From: Spirochaetota bacterium
Lineage (GTDB): Bacteria; Spirochaetota; UBA4802; JAFGDQ01
NCBI GenBank assembly: GCA_043803405.1
Contig: JAZDKB010000018.1
Span: 160,001-224,000 of the forward strand
Reading direction: 5' to 3'
DNA length: 64,000 nt
Part shown: one piece after another, positions 40,360-48,720 of the stretch
Layout: every line of letters starts with the position of its first letter
How positions within the stretch are numbered: position 1 is the first letter of the stretch
Position numbers and translations under genes: made by a program
Notes under the pieces: generated by a model
Told to the model about the DNA's origin: nothing
The model's input: the letters and a program-made list of their open reading frames with translations, nothing else
Database searches by the model: none

Positions 40360-40809
40360 ATGAAAACAGTTAAGGACATTCTTCAAAACAAAACAATTAA
40401 GGAAATATGGTCAGTATCACCGAAGGCTTTTGTATACGATGCTCTTGTTCTTATGAACGAGAAGGGGATCGGCGCCGTACTGGTTATGGACGAGAAAGAA
40501 AAGATTGCCGGAATATTTTCAGAACGAGATTATGCCAGAAAGATTATCATCAAAGGAAAATCCTCAAAGGAAACGAAAGTAGAGGAAGTAATGACTCCTG
40601 CTTCGAAAATGTATACGGTTAAACCTGATAGTCCTCTTGAAGAATGTATGGCTCTTGCAACTGAGAAACACATCAGGCATTTGCCTGTTTTCGAGCAGGG
40701 CAAATTCATAGGACTTATTTCTACAGGCGATATTGTAAAAATATTGATTTCGGAAAAACAGGACCTAATAAATCAATTAAGCGATTATATTGCCGGTATT
40801 TACACATAA
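40360..40809 (+). CDS. CBS-pair protein
   Basis: GIFSERDYAR, IRHLPV, GLISTGDIVK. Confidence 0.9.
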   Translation: MKTVKDILQNKTIKEIWSVSPKAFVYDALVLMNEKGIGAVLVMDEKEKIAGIFSERDYARKIIIKGKSSKETKVEEVMTPASKMYTVKPDSPLEECMALATEKHIRHLPVFEQGKFIGLISTGDIVKILISEKQDLINQLSDYIAGIYT

Positions 40810-40919
40810 AATCGTGTTGTTCCGGATAATAAAAATTGCCTATTGTAACGACAAGATCGCATCACAAAACATGTAAACAGTAAATTTATTTTTGGCAGGT
40901 TTCGGGATACGATCTTAAT

Positions 40920-40950
40920 AAAAAAGCGGGAATCAGTCTCCCGCTTTTTT
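40920..40950. terminator. Intrinsic terminator
   Basis: AAAAAAGCGGGA-atcagtc-TCCCGCTTTTTT. Confidence 0.75.
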
Positions 40951-41039
40951 ATTCGGACTAAAAAGTACTTGCGAAAATATTTTCGTTTATCTAATAATTT
41001 GAGCATATATTTTTTATAAAGGATTTGTATTACTTTAAA

Positions 41040-42023
41040 ATGACAGAAAAAGATTTACTTATTGAAAAAATACAATTGCTCCGCAATGCGAGTCTTTTTT
41101 CAAAGTTGAGAGAAGCCGAGCTTGAGATAGTCGCGGCCTACAGTGAATACTATACTTTTAACCAGGGACAGACTATATTCAGCGAAGGAAGCAATGCCGA
41201 AGTGCTTTACATTATTAAGGACGGCGAGGTTTTAATCAGCAAGGAGAAGAAAAACCTTGGTGTTATCGATCTTGCCCGTTATATTTCCAATGAAAGCTTC
41301 GGCGAGATGAGCCTTCTTACAAATAAATCCAGAACCGCAAAAGCGGTTGCGGAGAAGGATACAACAGTACTTATTTTTCCCATGGAAGGAGTAAAGTTTA
41401 AGGATGTTCTTGAAAAGCATCCGGAAATTTCGGCGCGTATACTGCATAAATTTTTGGCCATAATCGCAGGAAGAATACGCAACACCAACAGGCTTATTTC
41501 GGAGAGAACTCCGTGGATAAGGGATCTGCGCCGGCAGCTCTACAGCGATAAGCTCACAGGGCTTTATAACCGCACATTTATTGAAGAAGATTTTGCTGCG
41601 TTCCTGCCGCAGTACGGGGAATACACAAGCCTCATTATGATTAAACCGGATAATTTTAAGGATATTAACGATAATTTCGGACATGATGTAGGCGACAAGG
41701 TTTTGCGGCTTCTAGCGATCTTTTTGCAGTCCATCCTTAGAGAAGAAGATATGGGAGTACGGTACAGGGGAGACGAGTTTGCTGCAATTCTGCCGAACAC
41801 AAGCACCGAAGAAGCGATAGAGATTGCAGATGACATAAGGTCGACCATTATGGAAATGGATATAGGAAATGCCACGAACGGCGAGCTGAACAAAATAACG
41901 GTAAGCATCGGGCTCTCGACTTATCCGTTCCATGCGAGCGATAACATTATGCTTGCGGACAGGGCACACGAAAAGATGTTCGAGGCGCGCGAAAAAGGCG
42001 GCAACCGCGTGATCAGCGTGTAG
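41040..42023 (+). CDS. cNMP-binding + degenerate GGDEF protein
   Basis: FGEMSLL..RTAKAVA phosphate-binding cassette; DKLTGLYNR; KPDNFK; RYRGDEF. Start 41040 or 41025. Confidence 0.88.
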   Translation: MTEKDLLIEKIQLLRNASLFSKLREAELEIVAAYSEYYTFNQGQTIFSEGSNAEVLYIIKDGEVLISKEKKNLGVIDLARYISNESFGEMSLLTNKSRTAKAVAEKDTTVLIFPMEGVKFKDVLEKHPEISARILHKFLAIIAGRIRNTNRLISERTPWIRDLRRQLYSDKLTGLYNRTFIEEDFAAFLPQYGEYTSLIMIKPDNFKDINDNFGHDVGDKVLRLLAIFLQSILREEDMGVRYRGDEFAAILPNTSTEEAIEIADDIRSTIMEMDIGNATNGELNKITVSIGLSTYPFHASDNIMLADRAHEKMFEAREKGGNRVISV

Positions 42024-42141
42024 CAACTTATGCTGCTAGTCATCTTAAAAATTAAGTTTTATATTAAGTAGATTGAATGTTTTAAAATCATATTTTTAAG
42101 ATAAGTTATTATATAATATTATTTGTGATAATGTAATTATT

Positions 42142-43113
42142 ATGAAAGCCACCATTGAATTTCTGCAAAACGTAGATTTATTCTCGCTCCTCTCGGATGA
42201 AGAGATGGGCAGGATAATAAAATCACTTCATCCTGTTGAGAAAGAGGCGGATGAAATATTGTTTAAAGAAGGAGACGAGGGCAACGAACTCTTTATAGTA
42301 ATGTCGGGCAAAGTTGCCAGCTTTGTAGTGTTGCCTAAAGGCACAAAGCGTGAGATCGCCGAGTTTAAGCCCGGGGATTTTTTCGGCGAAATGTCAATTT
42401 TTGAAAACACGCACAGATCGGCAACCTGCTATACAAAAGAAAAAAGCTCTCTCTTAACCCTGAGGGAAAGAGACCTCTTTGAACTGATACTTTACGACCC
42501 GGAAATCGCAATTAAAATAATGTACCGCATGCTTAACATTACAACTGACCGGCTTCTCGACAGGAGCGAATTTTTATCGGACATGGTACAGTGGGGGGAG
42601 GAAGCGCGTAAAAGGGCAATCACGGACGAGCTGACCGGCATTTACAACAGGCGTTTTCTTGATGACTCCCTGACAGATTATTTTGAAAAAGCAAAAAACA
42701 GCGGCGAATCATTATCTTTCATAATGCTGGACATAGATAATTTTAAACAATACAGCGAAATGTTTACGCAAAGCCAGGTTAACCGTTTAATAATTGAAGT
42801 CGTATCCGTATTTAAAAAATATTTCAGGGAAAACGATATAATTGCAAGGTACGGAGGCGATGAATTCACCGCCATATTGCCGGATACGGATCCGGAGTCC
42901 GCATTTAAGATTGCCGACGAGATACGCAAAGCTGTCAGCGAATTACGCTTTGCGGAATTGCTGAATAGCGACATCGGGCAGATAACAATCAGCCAGGGAA
43001 TTTCCTCATATCCTCAAAATGCCGATGATCCTGAAACCTTAAGAGTAAAAGCAGACAAAGCGCTTTATAAAGCAAAACTGGAAGGCAGAAATAAAGTCGT
43101 TCTTGCAGAATAG
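42142..43113 (+). CDS. cNMP-binding + GGDEF protein
   Basis: FGEMSIF..RSATC; DELTGIYNRR; DIDNFK; RYGGDEF. Confidence 0.9.
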   Translation: MKATIEFLQNVDLFSLLSDEEMGRIIKSLHPVEKEADEILFKEGDEGNELFIVMSGKVASFVVLPKGTKREIAEFKPGDFFGEMSIFENTHRSATCYTKEKSSLLTLRERDLFELILYDPEIAIKIMYRMLNITTDRLLDRSEFLSDMVQWGEEARKRAITDELTGIYNRRFLDDSLTDYFEKAKNSGESLSFIMLDIDNFKQYSEMFTQSQVNRLIIEVVSVFKKYFRENDIIARYGGDEFTAILPDTDPESAFKIADEIRKAVSELRFAELLNSDIGQITISQGISSYPQNADDPETLRVKADKALYKAKLEGRNKVVLAE

Positions 43114-43116
43114 ATT

Positions 43117-43803
43117 TTACTTTAATTTATTTGTTTTTCCAATAATAGAAATCTTTATTCTGAGGTTCTTCATTGTAAAAGAAGTAAATCTGTCGGGCCT
43201 TAACTTCATCAGATTAAAATCGATTACGGAACCGTCTTTTGTATTTGGATGGATATTTACTTCAAGGCGGGATGCTGTCGGAATTCTTCCAACGCCGTTG
43301 CATACATGGCAGTATCTGTCCTCTCCGCGGCACACATGGCAATCCATCCTTGAAGGCAGTTCCACATAAGCCACTGCCCCGTTTTCGGATTCTTTCGGAG
43401 TAATAAAAATCTCGATATCCTGGCCGAATGCGCGCATCCTTTCTTTTCTTCCGATCTTTTTATTCAGAAGCCTGGTTGTGAGCAGATCCTTGAGAGATAT
43501 GGAGTATTTAATGCGGTTTTTAGGAAGATAAACATAGCCTTCACTGCTAAACCTGCCGTTTAACAGCACTTTTGTATAATCGCGTCTGAGTTCATCGTTT
43601 ATTAGTATCTTGTAGCCTTTGATAATAAGATCGACTTTCTTTTTTTCTTCATCGGAGTTTTTTCCCGAAATATCCGGATGATATATTTTAATTAAATTAC
43701 AAAAAGCAGACCGGATTAATTCCTTCTTTGCTTTGTAAGGAATATTCAGGATCTCATAAAAGTCGATCAAATTGCCTTTATCGTCGCAATAAGGCTTATT
43801 CAT
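43117..43803 (-). CDS. Short J-domain protein with a reduced zinc finger
   Basis: DFYEILNI..YHPD J-domain; CHVCRG / CHVCNGVG. Confidence 0.8.
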   Translation of the reverse strand: MNKPYCDDKGNLIDFYEILNIPYKAKKELIRSAFCNLIKIYHPDISGKNSDEEKKKVDLIIKGYKILINDELRRDYTKVLLNGRFSSEGYVYLPKNRIKYSISLKDLLTTRLLNKKIGRKERMRAFGQDIEIFITPKESENGAVAYVELPSRMDCHVCRGEDRYCHVCNGVGRIPTASRLEVNIHPNTKDGSVIDFNLMKLRPDRFTSFTMKNLRIKISIIGKTNKLK

Positions 43804-43881
43804 TTGAATAACCGTATACTATCTTTTAAATATAATTATATAAATATGCAGACTTAGAGTGCGTGCTAAAACATCGCCGGT

Positions 43882-45606
43882 TTAGTTCTGCACCGCGGCC
43901 TGTGCGCGGATCAAATCATGCAGAGTAATTATTCCATAGACTGAATTTTTGCTCCTGTCAAGTACAAGCAAAACATGAACAGCAGATTCAACAAACTTAT
44001 TTCCAACGTCCTTAACTGATTCATCTGAATAACAAGTGCTGATTTCCTGCATCACTGGAATATTATGCCTTTTAACAGCATCCTTTATTTGCTGACGAGT
44101 AACTATACCCTGTATCTGTTCATTTATAATAACAGGAAAAGCATTGAACGGATATTGATCGAGCAAAGCCTGCATCTTTTTTTCTGTAAATTCTTCAAGT
44201 ACAACAGGATTGGGACTTGCAATGGCTGAAACCGGTAGACTCTGCCAGCTTTGCAGATCAAGCGGCGGCCTGATTTTGTGAAGCTCATGCCCGTCCTGAA
44301 CAAGGAGAGCGTCATAAAAATTCAGCTTGCCGGAGCGCCGGGCAATCGCCTGGCTGATGATCGTCCCCAGCATAAGACCCGGCACAATAGCGAACTGATG
44401 CGTCATCTCAAACACAATAAGCATGGACGTTAAAGGCGCACGGACGATCGTTCCCAGGCATGCGCTCATTCCAACAGAAGCAAGCACAATATGATCAGCC
44501 TGTGTTAATGGTATAAACAAATTTGCCAGTCCGGCAAAAAAATAACCTGTTAATCCCCCAATAAATAAAGACGGGGCAAATATGCCTCCGCAGCCACCGA
44601 AACTGTAGCCGGCAATTGTAGCGAATAATTTAGCACAGACAAGAATGCCTGCGATTTTCCATTCAAAGTTATTGCTTAATGCAGCAGAAAGATCCTGATA
44701 GCCAAGACCGAACACGCCAATTTTTCCGGTTGCCATGAAGACACTGCACCCGATGATCCATGTGATAATCCCGCCGCACAACGGAAGCAGCCATAAAGGG
44801 ATTTTCTTCTGCTTTTTCAAATTTCCCCTGAAAAAGACAGTTGCGCGTTGAAAAATTACACCTGCAAAAGATGCGACAAGAGAAACGAGCGATACAACAA
44901 GATAATGGAACCAGCTGATGTCTTCAACAGACGGTATTGAAAACGCCGGCTGCCTGCCGAGAATGGCATATACTACAAAAGCGCCTATTACAGATGAAAG
45001 TACAACGCGTCCCAGAAACCTGCTGTTTAGATCCCCAAGTATTTCTTCAATAACAAAAGTAATAGCTGCGATAGGCGTGTTAAAGGCGGCCGCAAGACCG
45101 GCCGATGCGCCAATCAGAGTGGCGCTTCTCCGCTGACGAAACGACGCTCCCAGTAATCCATCCAGGCCGGAAGATATGCCGCTGCCAATATACACGGAAG
45201 GACCTTCCCGTCCAAGGCTGTTTCCTCCGCCAATGCTTAATACTCCTGCGACAAATTTAACTAATACCGGCTTAAAGCTCATGTATCCTAGCTCTTTCCA
45301 GTAAGCTGTTTTAACCTGGGGAATTCCGCTGCCTGCTGCTTCCGGGCTGAATACATTCAATAAATAACCGACAAGCAGGGAAGTGGAAGTAATGACAAGG
45401 AAACTTGCTGTTATAAAAAAGACAGGCGATTTTGTTTTAAAATAGATATATGTATGCGAAAACAGTAGATTTGTTAAAAATAAAAAACTGACTGCAGCCA
45501 GACCGGCAGCCATACTTAGAACACATGTTACTATTATAGATCTAATATTTTCAGGAAAGCGCTGCAGTAAATTTACTATAAATTTTTGATTTAACTCATT
45601 ATTCAA
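43882..45606 (-). CDS. ClC chloride/proton transporter with CBS domains
   Basis: GSGIP, GREGP, AAFNTP, GGIFAP; C-terminal CBS pair. Confidence 0.92.
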   Translation of the reverse strand: MNNELNQKFIVNLLQRFPENIRSIIVTCVLSMAAGLAAVSFLFLTNLLFSHTYIYFKTKSPVFFITASFLVITSTSLLVGYLLNVFSPEAAGSGIPQVKTAYWKELGYMSFKPVLVKFVAGVLSIGGGNSLGREGPSVYIGSGISSGLDGLLGASFRQRRSATLIGASAGLAAAFNTPIAAITFVIEEILGDLNSRFLGRVVLSSVIGAFVVYAILGRQPAFSIPSVEDISWFHYLVVSLVSLVASFAGVIFQRATVFFRGNLKKQKKIPLWLLPLCGGIITWIIGCSVFMATGKIGVFGLGYQDLSAALSNNFEWKIAGILVCAKLFATIAGYSFGGCGGIFAPSLFIGGLTGYFFAGLANLFIPLTQADHIVLASVGMSACLGTIVRAPLTSMLIVFEMTHQFAIVPGLMLGTIISQAIARRSGKLNFYDALLVQDGHELHKIRPPLDLQSWQSLPVSAIASPNPVVLEEFTEKKMQALLDQYPFNAFPVIINEQIQGIVTRQQIKDAVKRHNIPVMQEISTCYSDESVKDVGNKFVESAVHVLLVLDRSKNSVYGIITLHDLIRAQAAVQN

Positions 45607-45690
45607 TTGAAATATCCTATTTTAAAAATTTCAGGTTAAAGTTATATATTGTTATTCCGTTATTTTATTCAATAAATTTTTTATTCAGCC

Positions 45691-45720
45691 GGCACAATGC
45701 TGATGCAGAAGCATTGTGCC
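45691..45720. terminator. Hairpin downstream of rsgA (possible terminator)
   Basis: GGCACAATGCT-N8-AGCATTGTGCC, perfect 11-bp stem; weak U-tract. Confidence 0.4.
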
Positions 45721-45809
45721 TGGCAAGATGTATTTTTTAATTCGTTTTAAATGAAAACTTTTAATCTGCATTTAGTAATTCATCTTCATCTAATTCGATG
45801 AAGATTTTA

Positions 45810-46871
45810 TTACCGTTCTTTAAAATGATCCTTAATCAATTTAGAGAGCTTCTTTTCCCTGGCTTTTTTCTCGAGCCTGGCTTTTACATCCGTTTTCGAA
45901 TTAAGAAAGGATATCTCGCCTTTCATTCCCAGGTAATTTTCATATCTCGCATGATCGAGTATTCCTTCAAAGAGCGCTTTCTGTACAGCGCAGCCAGGTT
46001 CGCTCTGATGCGTGCAGTTCCTGAACCTGCATTTTTTTGCAATTACAGAGATATCGGAGAAAGCGTTGTCTATACTTTTTTCATCCGCCCATAGACCAAG
46101 TTCCCTTAGTCCCGGAGTGTCTATAAGCATCAGTCCGCCCGGAAGGAAGAAGAGTTCCTTGTGTGTTGTAGTGTGCCTGCCGCGCAGGTCATCCTGCCTC
46201 TGCGCACCCGTACGTATTTTTTGTTCTCCAAGCAAAGTGTTGATGAGCGCGGATTTCCCGACTCCCGAAGGTCCAGTTAGCGCAATAGTTGACATGGGCG
46301 CGCAGCCGGCAATAAGTTCGCGGAGCCCTTCTCCGGTAAAAGCGCTTACAATATGTACAGGTATATCCTCAGAAAAAGTTGCCTCTCGCATTGCCTGCTC
46401 CTTGTCTTTGCAAAGATCGGACTTGTTTAAGACAATAACTGGTCTGGCTCCGCTTTCACCTGCCATGGTGATATATCTTTCTATACCTCTCATATTAAAA
46501 TTCCTTCCTCCGTCAAGGCCGTTCACTATAAAAAGGATGTCTATATTCGCAGCAATGATCTGTTCGTCAATTTCCCTGCCTGCAGTTTTACGCGAGAAAG
46601 AACTCCTGCGTTCAAGGACTTTTTCTATAACAAATGTCCCGTCTGTTTCAGTCATTGCTACCCAATCGCCTATTGTCGGATAATCGGATCTCATAACCGC
46701 AGTATAATGGAACGCGCCGCTGACCTGGGCCGTATGTCTCCCGCTCTCAGACTCGACATCGTAGATATGGCGCGTCTCGCGTATAATCCTCGCAGGCATA
46801 AGTCCATGATTTCTGTATTGAGAAAATCTTTGTTCGAAAAAATCGTCCCATCCTAGTTGCTTTAGATTCAT
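45810..46871 (-). CDS. rsgA: 30S-dependent GTPase RsgA-family protein
   Basis: PTIGDWV, NKSDL, GPSGVGKS, GRHTTT, DTPGLR, CRFRNCTHQSEPGC. Confidence 0.93.
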   Translation of the reverse strand: MNLKQLGWDDFFEQRFSQYRNHGLMPARIIRETRHIYDVESESGRHTAQVSGAFHYTAVMRSDYPTIGDWVAMTETDGTFVIEKVLERRSSFSRKTAGREIDEQIIAANIDILFIVNGLDGGRNFNMRGIERYITMAGESGARPVIVLNKSDLCKDKEQAMREATFSEDIPVHIVSAFTGEGLRELIAGCAPMSTIALTGPSGVGKSALINTLLGEQKIRTGAQRQDDLRGRHTTTHKELFFLPGGLMLIDTPGLRELGLWADEKSIDNAFSDISVIAKKCRFRNCTHQSEPGCAVQKALFEGILDHARYENYLGMKGEISFLNSKTDVKARLEKKAREKKLSKLIKDHFKER

Positions 46872-47260
46872 GGCCTTTCTCCTTTGATACCGAGCAGGAA
46901 TGTATCTTTCAATAATGTTTCAGCCGGAAACGGCATTGACATGAACGGCCTGGTTGCCAGCAGCACCAGCAATAGTTCGCTGTCGTCTCCTGCAATGCGG
47001 TTTGTCCTTATAATGCCGCATTTGATGCATCTGTGTATTATGCTCCATTCTTTCTTTTTCCCGGCCCATATTCCGATTGGTTCCATCAGTCCGCGGCATC
47101 CGGACCTCCTGTCTCCAACGCATATATCTATATGAGAGCTGAAAAGGCAGAAGGGGCAATGATTGCGAAAATGCGTACCGCTTTCCGCTGAAGCAACGGG
47201 ATTGCCGCAATTACCGCAAATAAAAGGATCGTTGTTGCTTTGAATTTTATGTCTGGACAT
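46868..47260 (-). CDS. RNHCP-domain protein
   Basis: FICGNCG..FRNHCPFCLFSSHID..GDRRSGCRGLMEPI..HRCIKCG..NRIAGDD; ATGA overlap with rsgA. Confidence 0.9.
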   Translation of the reverse strand: MSRHKIQSNNDPFICGNCGNPVASAESGTHFRNHCPFCLFSSHIDICVGDRRSGCRGLMEPIGIWAGKKKEWSIIHRCIKCGIIRTNRIAGDDSELLLVLLATRPFMSMPFPAETLLKDTFLLGIKGERP

Positions 47261-47413
47261 AGTTGTCTCCGTATATACTTTTTATGTAATAATTATTTTT
47301 TAACAAAAGTTGTATTAACGGACGGATGTCCTGTTCTGGTTTTACAGAGAAGAAAAGATCTGGGTGCTTCTGTAGACGGGGTTATTTTAAAAACGAATTT
47401 ATTAAACCTGCTT

Positions 47414-47464
47414 TTATAAAATAAATCCCCTGAACAGGAACATCCTTACTGCTATATTCAACAT
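47414..47464 (-). CDS. Putative leader peptide MLNIAVRMFLFRGFIL
   Basis: AAGGAGG RBS, ATG at 47464, TAA at 47414-47416; overlaps a stem that pairs with downstream leader sequence. Confidence 0.65.
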   Translation of the reverse strand: MLNIAVRMFLFRGFIL

Positions 47465-47559
47465 AAAACCTCCTTTTATTTTAATTTTATAACTGTCTTT
47501 ACTTATATTGAGAAATACTGTCAATATTATTTTAAAAAAAATCTTATAAAAAATATTAA

Positions 47560-48510
47560 CTATTTTCTATTTCTTTTCTTTTTAAAAATTGCAAGCGCTT
47601 CAGATTTTATAATAGATGCGGTATCCTGCTTAAAGATGCTTTTTAATATATCATAAAGTTCGGGGCTGTTCTTTTTCATCTTTTCCGGATGCTCAAAGAA
47701 TTCCTCGCCTGCAACTGCAAGGAATTCTGCTTCCTCTGTCAGTGCATATGAATCGATATCCGATCTGCCGGACTCGATCTTCTCCATCTCCGACTCTCTG
47801 ATAGTTTTCCATTTGCCGAGTTCCTCCCTGTTAAGCATAAGCAGAGGAAGTCCGTCTATCACCCCATCCTCTTCATCAATTTTATGAATAAATTCATGAA
47901 TGGCAGTATTTCCTCCATCCATTGAGGCAAATCCCCTGAATAGTTCCTTTTTAGAAATGATTAAAGAGGAAGCATGCTGCTCCACCATGCCGAGCACATC
48001 CCTGTCGCCGGATTTAAAATTATAGTTATGATCGAACCTGTCAGGATAAACAAGTATCTCGCCCAGTGTATCGTATTCCCAGTCCTCAATTTTAAAAACA
48101 GGGATAATTGCAGCAGAAGCTATCAGGAGTTTTGTGCTGTCATCGACTTCTGTCCCAATGCCTGTGATTATTTTTTCAGCAAGAAATATCTGCACTTTTT
48201 TCTCAAAGTAATATTTCTCATCATCGCTGAGCGTCCTGTAAAAGAAAACCAAATCTGATAATATTTTTTTCCATTTTTCCGGAAATGGAATTGATGCTAT
48301 CTTTTTTCTTTTTCTGTATTTTCTGGTAATAAAAAAATGAAGAAATATAAACACGGATGCAGTGATAACGCCTGTCAGGTTTTCCATATCCGGAAAAAAT
48401 TTTCTTAATAAAAATGAAACTACATTAGCAGCAACTATAGCTGTTATTATTGAAACTATCAGCGAGAATAAGAGATTAATTTTATATCTACGCGTGAATA
48501 CTGCTTCCAT
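47560..48510 (-). CDS. MtfA-like (peptidase M90) zinc peptidase with N-terminal TM helices
   Basis: EILVYPDRF, NTAIHEFIHKID, YALTEEAEFLAVAGEEFFEHP, PELYDIL. Confidence 0.85.
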   Translation of the reverse strand: MEAVFTRRYKINLLFSLIVSIITAIVAANVVSFLLRKFFPDMENLTGVITASVFIFLHFFITRKYRKRKKIASIPFPEKWKKILSDLVFFYRTLSDDEKYYFEKKVQIFLAEKIITGIGTEVDDSTKLLIASAAIIPVFKIEDWEYDTLGEILVYPDRFDHNYNFKSGDRDVLGMVEQHASSLIISKKELFRGFASMDGGNTAIHEFIHKIDEEDGVIDGLPLLMLNREELGKWKTIRESEMEKIESGRSDIDSYALTEEAEFLAVAGEEFFEHPEKMKKNSPELYDILKSIFKQDTASIIKSEALAIFKKKRNRK

Positions 48511-48720
48511 ATATCAGGAATCCTTTTGATCTGCCGAAAATTACACTGCTCCCGTACGCCCGTGCCCCACGAACGTTTTTGTTCTGCATTCTCCTGAACA
48601 TCTGCCTTCCAAATCCTGTCCAAAATAAAAAAGCAGACTTAACGTGGAATACTATTCTTATGCTAAGAAACTATCTCAGTAAATAATTTGTGAAAGAGTT
48701 TTACTCTACTGGAATAGGCA

